Positions 24,030-36,699 of a DNA stretch of 64,000 nucleotides are shown piece after piece. Below the pieces are notes generated by a model. That model was not told the origin of the DNA. It saw nothing but the letters and a program-made list of their open reading frames with translations, and ran no database searches. Each line of letters starts with the position of its first letter. Position 1 is the stretch's first letter. Both the position numbers and the translations under genes were made by a program. Source of the stretch: Antechinus flavipes (lineage: Eukaryota); assembly GCF_016432865.1 (NCBI RefSeq), contig NC_067400.1, positions 245,954,001 to 246,018,000 of the forward strand. Direction: 5' to 3'.

Positions 24030-25190
24030 TTTAAAATAACCCTTTCCCCAATTACATATGAAAATAATTTTTAACATTCAAGGTTTTTTAAAGTTTTGAG
24101 CTTCAAATTTTATTCCTCCTTCCCTTACCTGCCCTATCTCTGAGACAATAAGCAATCTGTTATAGGTTTTAAATGTGCAATTATGTAAAACATTTCCATA
24201 TGAGTAATTTTATGGAAGAAAATTCAAATAGAAAAGAATGTGAAAAGTAGTACTCTTCCATCTGTATTCAGATGCTATTAGTTCTCTCTCTGGAGGTAAA
24301 TAGCATGCTTCATCATGAGTCCTTTGGAATTTTCTGGGATCATGAGTCCTTTGGAATTTTTTGGGATTATCATATTGTTGAGAAACGCTAAGTCATTCAT
24401 AGCTGTTCATCACATAATATTGCTGTTATTGTGTATAATGTTCTCCTGGTTCTGTTCACTTCACTTTGCATCAGCTATTTATGCAAGTTTTTGCAGATTT
24501 TTCGGAAATCAACCTGTTCATCATTGTGATATTATATCACAAATGTATTCCATTATATATCTACATCTATATCACAACTTGTTCAATCATTTTCCAATTG
24601 ATAGATATCTTCCTAATTTCCAATTCTTAGCAAACAGAAAATGAGGTCCTATAAATATTTTTTCTTGATACATATAAGTTCTTTTCCTTTTTTATCTCTT
24701 TGGGATACAGACCTAGTAGTGCTGGATCAAAGGACATGCACAGCTTGCCCACACTTTGGGTATACATAGTTTCAAATTGTTCTACAGAATGACTAGATCA
24801 GTTCACAACTCCACCAATAGCGCATTAGAGTCCCAGTTTTCCCACATGTTCTCCAAGATTTATCATTTTCTTTTTGTCATATTAGCCAATTTAATGGTTA
24901 TGAAATAATACCTCAGAGTTGTTTTAATTTGCATTTCTATAATCAAAAGTGACTTAGAACATTTTTTCATATAACTTAGATAGATTTGATTTCTTCAACT
25001 ATAAACTGACTATATCTTGTGACCATTTATTAGTTGGGAAATGACTTAGTTCAATATATGTTTGAGAAATGAGATCTTTATCTGAAATACTTATAAATGT
25101 TTTCCCAATTTTCTTCTTCCCTTCTTATTTTGTTTGTGTTGGTTTTGTTTATTCAAAGCCTTCTTAATTTAATGTAATAAAAATTATCCA
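24030..25190 (-). mobile_element. L1 3' portion
   Basis: Reverse of L1 3'UTR/ORF2 end; contains a ~29-bp tandem duplication at about 24313-24370. Confidence 0.8.
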
Positions 25191-25379
25191 TTTCACATTT
25201 TTAATACTCTTTTATCTTCTCTCATTCACTTCTACACCTTCTTCAGCATTGCTCTGGCATCATTATTCAATTAAAACTCTTTAAAGTTATTATTGATCTC
25301 TTGTTAGATAATGACCTTTTATTAATTCTCATTTATTTGGTGTTCCTATAGCCACTGGTGCTCTTGTTCAATCACCTTC

Positions 25380-25603
25380 CTCTCTTGGATAAGCCTCCTC
25401 CTCCTCCTCCTTCTCTTCCCTCCTCTTCCTCCTCCTCCTCCTCCTCCTTCTCCTCCTCCTCCTTCTTCTTCTTCTTCAACTTTATCGTTGTTATCTTCAT
25501 CTTTGTCTTCATTATCATCTTCGTCTTCTTCTTTTCCTTCTCCTTTATTTTCTTCTTCTTTGTCTTCATCTTCATCACTTTGTCATCATCTTCTCTGTTG
25601 TCT
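25380..25603. repeat. (CCT)n/(CTT)n/(CAT)n polypyrimidine low-complexity tract
   Basis: Seen directly. Confidence 0.95.
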
Positions 25604-25746
25604 NNNNNNNNNNNNNNNNNNNNNNNNNNNNNNNNNNNNNNNNNNNNNNNNNNNNNNNNNNNNNNNNNNNNNNNNNNNNNNNNNNNNNNNNNNNNNNNNN
25701 NNNNNNNNNNNNNNNNNNNNNNNNNNNNNNNNNNNNNNNNNNNNNN
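25604..25746. other. Assembly gap (143 N)
   Basis: Seen directly. Confidence 1.
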
Positions 25747-26839
25747 AGGCCAGAAAGACTCTCTTTTTAAGCACTTCTCACTCTTCCTTCCTCTCTGACT
25801 GCTTCTAGGTTATTTTTGCTGGATTTTCCACAGATCATTCCCATTATAGATGTTCCTAGGGATCTGTTCTCAGCCCTTCTATTTTGCCTTACTGTGTTAT
25901 CTCTCTTGGTTTTCTTGTCATTTCCCATGTATTCAGTTATCATCTCTAGGTATATTGTTCTCAGAACTGAGAATCATCTGCTTAAAAATGCTAGCTGAAT
26001 CCCTTCTTATGAGACAAGAGTGAAGGGAAAATAAGTTGTAGAAGGCATTTGAGAAATATGAGATGAAGAAGAGGGTACAGCAAATGACTTCAGTAATTTG
26101 GTGAAATATGAGGCAGGTTTGTAGTTCATCCAGTCAGCATGTTTTTTTTTTCCTATATCTTATTTCAGCAGCATATGAATAAAAGCAAAATGAGCAGATA
26201 TTATGAATGATGCAAGATTGAGGCCTCACAGGACAAAATCTTTGATAAGATATGGGAGTAAGGGATTTAAATCACTGTGAATAGCACAAGGACAGTAGAA
26301 AACAGACAAAGACAGTGAAAGACCTCACATTCTTGCTTTGGAAGATACATAAAAGGAATTGGGAATATTTAATACAGAAAAGAGAAGATTTAGTAACATG
26401 CTAGCTTTCTTTAAGAGTCAAAAGGACTATTACATGAAAGAAGGAACAAGTGTGTTTGGTTTAGCCATATAGTGAAACAGCCATATACAGTACAATTTTC
26501 AGAGACAAGTTTAGGTTTCATACATGTAAAAACTTTTTTTAAACAATTAAAATTATAACAACCTGGCATAGGCTGCCTTAGGAAGTGAATGTGAGGAAGA
26601 CTACTTGTAGGATATGTTATAGTTTGGATTCCTTTTCAGATATAAATTTCTAAAATATATTCTTACACTAATTTTTTTGACAATAGGCAGTGAAATTATA
26701 GAAGAAAGAAGTTGAATAAATCAAAACATTTTTTAAAAACAATGGGGATTTGTAAGCAGAAACTTTGAAAATCATTGATTTTCTCTGAGAAGACTAACTT
26801 CATCATATCAACTTCTAAGATGATAAAAAGGCAATTAGA

Positions 26840-27066
26840 AGACACAGTAGATAGAGTGCTTAACATGGAGTCAGGAAAATCTGATTTCAAATTCAGCCTC
26901 AGATACTTACTAGCTTTGCAACTTAACTTGTTTGTCTTAATCACCAGAAAAGGAAATGACAAACTACTTCAGTACATTTGCCAAGAAAACCCCATGGACA
27001 ACATTGGCATGCTATGGTCCATGAGGATCACAAAAGTCACAAATGAACAAGTGAATAACAACAAGA
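26840..27066 (+). mobile_element. MAR1 SINE
   Basis: Core plus tail ...agtacatttgccaagaaaaccccatggac...gaataacaacaa. Confidence 0.75.
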
Positions 27067-27599
27067 TGATATGAACCCAATTGTAAGATGAAAGTTTCTA
27101 ATAATTTTAATATCAATAATTTAAGATGAATTCTGAAAATACAGCAACTTAAAAATTCAGAACTCGATTGAAATAGGCATCATGGGAATTAAACTTTATC
27201 AGAAAATGACTTAAAAGAGATATTTTCTCAGGTTGGTCTCTTTTTTGCATTTCTGTTTGTCATGAATATTTATTATAAATAGAGTATAAATAAGCACAAG
27301 TACTGCTGAATTATTGATTGGGCTTCAGAGACTAGGGTTATCCCTTGAAGATAAGCCAACTTATGTGCAAGGATTCTGGATTCATTGGAAGAGCCATCCT
27401 TCCTGATGAAGCATATGTGCTAAGCTAAAACATAACATTTTGAACTCTCTGTTTTTCTGTCTCTGTTTTTCTGTCTGTCTCTGTCTTCTCTCTGTCTCTC
27501 TTTCATCTTCTCTTCTTGTCTTCTTTCTCTTCCTTCTTGTAGCAAAGGAAAAGATAATCTAAGAACTACTGAAGTACATAAAGCTACTAATAAAAAGAG

Positions 27600-27945
27600 C
27601 CTTGCTAGCATATTTCAAGAAACTATATATAAGACCACCAAGAATTCTTAGAACCAGGGACAAAAAGATTCTACTAGACTCCTTCTAAAAGAAACCCCCA
27701 GATAAACATTTCCAAGAATATTAAAGCCAAAATCTGAAGCTCTCAGGGAAGGGAAATATGTTGAAAACAATCAAAGAGAAAGAATTCAAGTTCCAAGGAG
27801 TTACTTTCAGAATTATACAAGAGTTTGCAGTTACCATTATAAAGAAAGAAAGAATTTATAATATGATATTCGAGAGTACAAATGATCTGGGTTCACAAAA
27901 AGAATAAACTACCCAGAAAAATTGAATACAGTTTTATGGTGGAGT
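27600..27945 (+). mobile_element. Degenerate L1 ORF1 fragment
   Basis: Similar to the ORF1 C-terminal region at 40000-40330. Confidence 0.6.
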
Positions 27946-28005
27946 GAGGGTAGGAAATTATTATTATTATTATTATTTTTTACAAACTAAAGGGTAAGGA
28001 TTCAT

Positions 28006-28882
28006 TTACTATTTCTGCCTTACTGCATTTGAGTTTGAGGTTTTTATGTCCTAATATATGGTCAATTTTTGTATAGGTTCCATGAACTGCTGAAAAGAAA
28101 GTGTATTCCTTTCTGTCTCCATTACATTTTCTCCAGAGATCTATCATATCTAACTTTTCTAGTATTCTATTTACCTCTTTGACTTCTTTCTTATTTATTT
28201 TGTGGTTTGATTTATCTAATTTATCTGAGAGTGCAAGGTTAAGATCTCCCACTATTATAGTTTTACTGTCTATTTCTTCTTGCAGCTCTCTTAATTTCTC
28301 TTTTAAGAATTTAGATGCTACACCACTTGGTGCATATATGTTTAATATAGATAGTGCTTCATTATCCATGCTACCCTTTAGCAAGATATAGTGCCCTTCC
28401 TTATCTCTTTTAATTAGATCAATTTTTGCTTTAGCTTGATCTGAGATCAGGATGGCTACCCCTGCTTTTTTGACTTCACCTGAAGCATAGTAGATTTTGC
28501 TCCAATCTTTTACCTTTAACCTGCATGTATCTCCCCGCTTCAGGTGTGTTTCCTGTAAACAACATATTGTAGGATTCTGGCTTTTAATCCATTCTGCTAA
28601 CCGCTTCCTCTTTATGGGGGAGTTTACCCCGTTCATGTTTATGGTTAGAATGACCAATTCTGTATTACTTGCCACCTTGTTAACTCCGGTTTATGCTTTT
28701 CCCCCTTCTTTCCCCTTTACCCCCCTTCCCAGTATTAAGCTTGTGAGCACCACTTGCTTCTCACAGCCCTCCCTTTTTAGTATCCTTCCCCCCACCTTAG
28801 AGTTCCTTCCCCTATCTTACCCCTTTCCCTCCCAGTTTCCGTATTCCCTTCTGCTTAGCTTATTCCTTCCCTTTTCACTTTT
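28006..28882 (-). mobile_element. Young internal L1 fragment (spacer plus ORF2 endonuclease) with 16-bp TSD and no poly(A)
   Basis: ORF 27980-28675 is an uninterrupted L1 APE endonuclease (NPTICCLQETHLK, IYAPS, GDLN, KIDHILG); TSD AAGGGTAAGGATTCAT at 27990-28005 and 28883-28898. Confidence 0.9.
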
Positions 28883-29285
28883 AAGGGTAAGGATTCATGA
28901 TTCAAATTTGAAAATATGACATACAAACACAGGTATTAAAAGAAGTATAAAAGAAGAAGGGACATAACTACCCCTCTATTGCCATCCTCAATTGGTGAAG
29001 ACAGCTCTCTTCCATAGATACTTATGTGTACTATTTAACATATGTAATACTATTTATTGGGTTCCTGTCTTTTTTTTTAAAAAAAAAATATGATTTCTGA
29101 GTATCATTCTCCTAACTTCACTTTTCCCAAAAGCTTTGTGATTTTGCTGTGCAATTTTAAGTTTTAGGAATATTACAGAATTGATTATATATGCAAAGGA
29201 AAAATAAATCACTGCATAAATGATAGTTATTATTATTGTTTTAAGAGTAAAAAAATTTGCACATGTAAGTTTGTGCCCTGTCATT

Positions 29286-29290
29286 ACACA

Positions 29291-29336
<46 letters not shown>
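29286..29336 (+). repeat. (CA)n microsatellite, ~25 units
   Basis: Seen directly. Confidence 0.98.
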
Positions 29337-29340
<4 letters not shown>

Positions 29341-32008
29341 TTAGCTCAAACTTAGAATGTAATGTTGTAGAAGTGTGAACTCTAGACTTTTGGGGGCAAA
29401 TGCTTTTATAACCACTGATCTTTCTGTAAACATCTACCAACGAATCAGTTACTGTCTGAATAATAATGGAAAGCTACAAATATTTGAAACTTAGTCCCAC
29501 AGCATTTCCCTTAGAATCTTGAAAGTAGTAATCAATTATTCTCTGTGGATCTGTCCTGACCATGAGTTAAAATTCAGAAAAGCACAGAGAAAGTGGTATT
29601 CATGCAACAGTAAGGGTCCAGTTGAGGTTGGATAAAACAAATTTATAATAGAACTAATCAGCATAGTTACTTGATTTCATGCAGCTGTATTCTGCATACT
29701 GGAGAGGATAAGAGAAAGAATATGGTAAGAAAAATTTAGGGTTAGGCAGAAAGAAATGATGAAAGGACAATGTTAGCAGCAGTTCAAATGTCACCTTGGT
29801 GGCTGGGCTGGTTTCTATTTCTTATTCTCTATACTTCTATCACTGAGCTCAAACACAGAAGTGTATGTATATAAGTTTAGTTTATGTTTCTGGGCTTTTT
29901 GCTTTGATACCTCCATGATGTCATAAGTAGAAACTACCAGTTTTTATATCCTTGCATATGACTACCAATATTTCAAGGTGAAGGGGTTCCCAAACTTTAT
30001 TAATGTTGTCAGCATTTTTCATAATTTACCATTGATAGAGTGCATTAAAGCAAATATTTCTTCCTATAAATATTTCTTCCTATAAATTATATTGTGAACC
30101 ATCTGATAGCTATTTATTTGAGATGTTTTCAGTGGCACCTAGTAAGCTCATTATACAGCAAAGCAGAAATAAAATGTGAAAATGTTTAACAAGAATACCT
30201 TACATGGTCCACATCAAATGTAGAGTCATATTTGTCTGGTGTAACCACAGAGAAATTGAAAAGTAGCTTAGCCACAAAAATGTCAAGAGTAGAAGGAAGT
30301 TGTCATTTATTTTTGGCTGTGTAAATTATCTCAATGTACCTAGAGATTCAGCTGAGGTCTGCAAAAAAAAAAATGTGTTTATCAGATGAAAGCCAGATTT
30401 TACTGTAGCTATTTCCAAATTGTTTCTCCTTTTCTCTCTGTTTCTTTGGATTGATATAGGTAACTGCTATTGAGGAACTTCTTCTACTAATACTCCTAGG
30501 TCACTGAGAGAATATAACTTGCCCAGGGTCATTCAACCAGTATGTGTTGAAAATGGGACTTGAACTCAAGTCTTCCTGAATTTCTTTTAGAGGTAATTGA
30601 TAGCCTGGTAGATGATGTGTTGGTCCTGTATACCTGAGTTCAAATCCTCCTTCAGATGTTCACTAGCTGTATGACATTAGGCAAATCACTTAATCTGTTT
30701 TCTTAAAATGGGAATAATAATAGTATCAACCTTGGAGGATTATTGTGAAGAACGTTTGAAATAATATTTGTTTTTTAAGTGCCTAGCACATAGTAAGCAA
30801 AATGTATGTTTATTCTAATTGAACCCTGGGATCAGTTATCTATTTGTCTCCTATACAATATTTCTATCCTCTTTAAGTCAGAAAGGATAACACTAGCTAA
30901 CAATTTAAAATGAATTCTAATTGTGGATAGAATGACAGAAAGAATGAATGCAGTCAAAATGATTATACAGAATACTACCAGAATTATATTTAATTGACTA
31001 AATTTTGGCAAAAGAGACTTAAATTATGAGTGTGAGCTAATCAATAGATGTGAGTGTAGAATAATAGACACTTTGAATTTTACAAAAAGAAAGAGATCAC
31101 TGAAATCTAGGGCATACTCCTCATTTTTAGATGAGAAAAATTAGCCCAGGGAAGCTAAAGTATTTGGCTGAGGTTACATAACTAGTTAGTAGTAGAGTTG
31201 ACACTAGAATTTATACTAGAACATTTATTTAGGCAATGTTGATTTGAAAATCTCAATTTCAATATATACCATTAGTAAAGAGTCAAATGTTACATTCATA
31301 CTATTGAAAGATTCAAATAAAATTGATATTTTGTACATTCTACTTTGAGGATTGCTACAGAGTTGTCATCTATTCCAAAGAGTTGTCATCTATTCCATGT
31401 ACATGAAAAATAAAGTTTTGGGGTCTAGATAAGGCAAGTATTTCCAAACTGTATAATCCCTTGTATTTCTCTCCTTTCTATATCTCATTTCCAACAAAAG
31501 ACCATAGTTAATAAATAATCACATATTTGCTTCCTCAATTCGTTGTTTATAGTCACAAACTTTCTGCAACTTAGTATGGTAAAGCAAGAACTAGATTTTG
31601 TCAGAGGATGTGGGTTAAAATCTTACCCATCCTGTTTGAATAAGTCACTTTCTTAATCTGAAATATGTCAAATAATGTCCTAAGGACCTAACAAGTAGGA
31701 ATCTAATTCTTAGTTCTTTAGTACCATATTTCATACAAATGAAGTAAAAAGAAAAGAAAAAAAATTCTTATAGTTATATGTTACTTCAGTTGAATGAATT
31801 ATTAAAAAATTGAGCATCTCCCATGTTAAGTAAATATTCATTCAAACAAATCAAAATTAAAGAATGGATAAGTCCTTGACTTTGTAGCTGTTTCCACTTG
31901 CTTTAGAATAACAAAGGGGAATAGTTGAGCCTAGTTAGAAGTTAAGAATAATTTCAGAGTACTTTTGGATTCTGTAAAGACCCATTATGGTAGGTCTCTG
32001 TTGAAGTG

Positions 32009-32222
32009 CTTTGAACACATTGTAAACATTTTTCAGTGAGAGGAAATGATGTGTTCAAGAAATTTATTTTCTGTGGTAAATTACATAAAAAACTTCCTTA
32101 ACAACTATGCCATCTTGACATAAAAGCACAACAAGTTAATGATCTCTTTTCATTCAGATTGCTATAAAGAATGTTAATAGAGGATTTATGTTATTGCCAC
32201 ACCCTTTAGTGAGCATATATAA
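32009..32222 (+). promoter_or_regulatory. KRTAP8-1 promoter
   Basis: CTTTGAA 32009-32015, TTAATAGA 32174-32181, CACACCC 32198-32204, TATATAA 32216-32222. Confidence 0.7.
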
Positions 32223-32298
32223 GAAGTCCCAGCACTGAGGAAATCTATCACATCCAAGAAAGTTTCCTACCTTAGCTGAACCTTCAACTCTTGACAAA

Positions 32299-32490
32299 AT
32301 GAACTACAGTGTTTTCCCTGGATCTGTCTATCCAGGTTGCTACTGGGGCAGTTGTGGCTACCCCTTGGGCTACAGTGTTGGCTGTGGTTATGGCAGCACT
32401 TATTCACCACCAGGCTATGGACATGGATATGGATACTGTGGTTGTGGACCATATGGCTACAGAAGATATTGGTCATTTGGACTCTATTGA
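32299..32490 (+). CDS. KRTAP8-1: Keratin-associated protein 8-1 (HGT type I), 63 aa
   Basis: FPGSVYPGCYWGSCGYPLGYSVGCGYGSTYSP..GYRRY...LY matches human KAP8.1 (63 aa). Confidence 0.97.
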   Translation: MNYSVFPGSVYPGCYWGSCGYPLGYSVGCGYGSTYSPPGYGHGYGYCGCGPYGYRRYWSFGLY

Positions 32491-32749
32491 TTGACTTAAA
32501 CAGCTGAGAATTACTGAGTCTGCATCTGGTCACCATCTCTAACACTGCTGCTCTTCTGACTTAGGATCATGTTTACTGTAGGAAGAGTCTGAAAACCTGG
32601 AAGATTATGTTTGGCCAACTTTACATCAAGCTGAATGAACTGGCTATTATTCATTTGGATATCTCCAGAATTTCAGCACTTCAACTTGGAGTTCTCATGA
32701 ATTTTTCATCACTTTGATCTTTTCTGTATTCTCAATCTCTTGAATTCTC

Positions 32750-32755
32750 AATAAA
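32750..32755 (+). terminator. Poly(A) signal of KRTAP8-1
   Basis: AATAAA about 260 nt after the stop codon. Confidence 0.7.
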
Positions 32756-33992
32756 CTTGTTTCAGATTGCATAAGACATTGTTTTCTCAAGTACAATTTG
32801 GTTTCATTCTCATTCATTTTCATTCATTCTTACTTCATTCAAGTAAGTTTTCTGCTGTAACCCTACAACTGATAAAAAAAAAAAAAGTAGAGCCATTACT
32901 AGCTACAACATTTTCTGTGAGGGAGTAATCCAACTGATAGAAATGATGGCTCTTTTCCTTATAGAGATTGAAAAAAAGAAGATAAGGTAGGATATGGGAG
33001 AGAAACTTCCTGGGGTGGGAGTACATATATTGCTAGAAGATTATGAGGAATAGTATGGGCATATAATGCTGTTAAGAGGAAGCATGTGATCTTTACGTGA
33101 CTCCCAAATGCAGCCCTATGAAACCCATGAGCTGGTTTATAAGTCCAGCAGAAAAAGTAACATACAATTTCTGATCAAGAATTATCTGCAATGAGCTGAA
33201 CCCAGGTATAATGCCCAGGCTAACCCTAAGCAAATTTGTGAAGTAAGCAAAGGTTGCTTTAACCTAGTAAACCTTTTTTATATTCTTTTCCCATTTGAAT
33301 GGATTGTCTTATACCACTTCAGTGACTTCCCCACTTTTTTCTTTCATGTGCATAGTTGTTCATAGGACCACAGAGGTAGAACAAGGGGGAAAAAAAGGGT
33401 AGTCTAATCAATTCATGTTACAGATTTTTAAAATGAAGTTCAGAAGTATTAAGTGAATTGCCCAGAATTATCTTTTTCTAAGGAGTAAGTTTCAGAGAGT
33501 ATTAAAAATTTGTTCTAGATTTTAAATTGATTGTTCTTTCTATAATATGATGTCTTCTTTTTTGGAAAATCTCTGATTTTATGTCTATGTTTTATATATG
33601 CCTATATCAGTACTTTAGCCTTTACATTGTGTAATTAAAGGTCTCCTTATCCTTATAATGACTTTAGTTTATGTAATGTATTAATATGAAATCAATAAAC
33701 AAAATGAAGAGGGCCCCTGCTCTTATAATTGAAAGTTGTATGATCTTGGACAATTCATTTAACCTCTCAGTAATCTAATCAACTCTTTTAAATTTTAATT
33801 TAAAAAATTAACAAAATTTTATTTTCTGCCCCTCTTACTTCCCTCCCCCATGAAAAAGACTAAAAGGCAAACTTTATGACAAATGTGCATGGTCAAAAAA
33901 ATTTCCCACATTAACCATGTCCAGCCCTCCCCCCCTCCAAAAAAAAAAACACTTCATACTTATTTTTCATTTTGAATTTATCACCTCTCTGG

Positions 33993-34303
33993 TGTGGCAA
34001 ATAAAATTAAAGGTAAACTGAGGTATAGAGATTTGAGCAAAATCAGTTTATTAATAGGCATGATATTAGTGTTAATAAAGAGGATCAGACTGACAAATGC
34101 AGTAAAGCCAATGACCCTTATTATTGACACACAGTACAGAAGGGATCTTGGTAGGTATGGAAAAAAAGTGAAAGGTTGTAGGGTTAGAGCAGGAACATTA
34201 TGATTGATTATACTAAGAAAGATGGGTTGGCCTTAATGTGAGGCAAATAGCTGCTCATTGCTATCAATTAAAGAATATTTATTTTTAATGGGACTCATCT
34301 ACA
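33993..34303 (-). mobile_element. Possible solo LTR
   Basis: TG...CA termini, about 310 bp, AATAAACT on the minus strand; no clear TSD. Confidence 0.4.
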
Positions 34304-34899
34304 TTGTGCAAGCTTTGCTAGGGACTCTGATTATTAAATTAGTATGGAACAGTGAAATAAGTAAAATGCAATCAATTTAATTTTTAAGAGAAAGAAAAAA
34401 ATTATCAGAATGAAAAATGAAATAGGAACAAAAAGGAGATAAAAATAAAGAAAATTATTTAAAACTATTTGTCTAACATATATAAATAAAACTAATGACT
34501 TAAATTACATAGATGAATATTTGCAACAATATAAAATGCTGAAATTAACAGAAAAAAATGCAAGACTTAAATAATCTGATTTTAGGAAAAGAAGCTGAAG
34601 AAGCCTTAAAAGAATTCCTCCCCCCAAAACAGAAAAAGATGCATTTATAAATTAATTATTTGAAGCATCAATTCCAACATTATATACATTTCTTGGAAAG
34701 AAAGGAAGTATTTGAAACATCATTTCCATTATTATATAAATTTCTTAGATAAGAAAAAATGGATCTCAAGAAATTCCTCTTCTAATACATAGATGATAGT
34801 GATTCTTCAAAATAAGAAGAGATAAAATATTAAAAGATTCAGGAAATGTAGGAGACAAAATGGACAAATAGGAAAAAGTACAGTAGTTCCTTTCCAATA

Positions 34900-36330
34900 G
34901 TTTTTCCACTAAGACTTAAAACACCTGATGTAGTCTTGTCTAGGAAATCCAAGAAAAAGGAACAGGAATTCATTTCTTTCTGCCTTAGTTCAGCATAAGA
35001 AAAGTAGGAGAGGCATTGAAAGTAAAGTATAAGGAATGGTTACACTGAGCATTCCAACTTAGGGACTGAAAAAGTGTTAGGGTCCCTGCTAGAGCATGAC
35101 TTTGTACAAGAAACAGGAGCAAATACCAACTGACAGTGATGTCACTCATTACTCAGTCCTATGCCACAGAGATAAGACAGCCTGAACAAAGGATCTTTGC
35201 CTACAAAGGGCATGCCAAGGTGAAGAGCTATCATGAGATATAAGTAATGTATTGAAGAAAGAACAAGTTGAGAAGTAAACAGCAACCATGTGGCTCTGAC
35301 TTGAGCAATGAAGAGCAGATCTCATTTCCTCCTGGAACAGAGTCTGTAAGAAAATAACCATGGAAGGAGCCACAGACCAAAAAGAAGCCTTTTTACTACT
35401 GTATCATCAGAGCTTCTCTGCTGGTTAATAGTGGCTTGTAGCAGCAATCCACTCCAATTGGGACAAGCATACAAGTCAGGAACTTGCAGACTAGAAAGTT
35501 AATGACTGTACTTTATAATGGATCAGAGTCCTTTAAGAGTATTGAAAGGCTCCAGGTCCCCAACTTAAGCTGTTTTTGAGATTCTGGAATAATGCATAAC
35601 TTAATAACCCCAAAAAAGAAAAAGCAGGACCAACGAGAACAAAAGTTTAGTCCACAAAGTCATGCCTAGAGAAAAATTCCAAAACCAAATAGTAAGATGA
35701 AAGAATAAACAAATAAAAAGAAAATCACAATATAAAAAGCCCATGACAAAAAGGATTTTTGAGACACAGTTCCATAAGAAGACAAAATATTTACAAGCAA
35801 AGCCTCAAAGAAAAATTAGAAACTTACCCAAGTTCAACATGAATTCCTGGAAGTGATAATGCAAGAATTGTTTTTTAAGAGTTTATAAATATTTTTATAA
35901 ATAAAATGAGAGCAGCAGACTCTCATTTTTTAAGAAATAAAATCTTAGGAAAGAATTATAAGTAGAATTAATATCTTGGTTTGAGAAAACTTCCCTGATA
36001 AGAAAAATGGCTCAAATAGAAAATAATGACTGTGTGACAACAAGAAACATATTTTAAAAAGGTTTTTAAAAAAAACAAAAATATCAGTGTGGTCTCATGG
36101 AAAAAACAACTTATGTGAAAAATGGATTAAAGAGAGTCCATTTGAGAAATACTGAATTATTTAAAAGCCATGACCTGAAAAAAATTTAGACATCATATTT
36201 CAAGAAATCATAAAAGGAATCTGTAGAGATCTTAGAACCAGAGGGCAAAGTAGAAATAGAAAAAAATTTACCTGCTAAAAGAAATCTCAAAGTGAAATTC
36301 ATAGAAAATTATTTTTTAAAGAAAAATGAC
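34900..36330 (+). mobile_element. Old L1 5'UTR/ORF1 relic
   Basis: ORF1 motifs atttcaagaaatcataaaagg...cttagaaccagagggcaaagtagaaatagaa. Confidence 0.6.
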
Positions 36331-36699
36331 ATCTAAATATTCTTGATGAATTCTAGAGATGTATAGAAACTTTGAAATGCAAATATAAGAATCAAGAGAA
36401 GTATGAGAAGGTATACATTAGTGATGAATTAAAAGAGACTAAATAAGTGCAAATAGTTTACATTCTAATATGGGGAGATAGCATATGTGACTCCCCCAAA
36501 TCATTTCATTAAGGGTCACTGGGAAAGTCAAAATAGAAAAAGGATCCAAGATTATTATTTTTTTTTGTTTCAGTGATCTTAAAAATATTAAGAGAGGAAA
36601 AAGGAATATGTTTCTTAGGAAAATCAAATAAGCATAATTCTGTCTTCTCTTTGCCTATGATTATACTTTTCATTTTTTCTCTTGCTGACTACAAACATG

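Noticed and set aside
25358-25808. Poly-Ser/Phe/Lys/Glu ORFs
   Set aside because: Simple repeat plus N gap.
29736-29746. TTAGGGTTAGG
   Set aside because: Only 11 nt with no junction context; compatible with chance.
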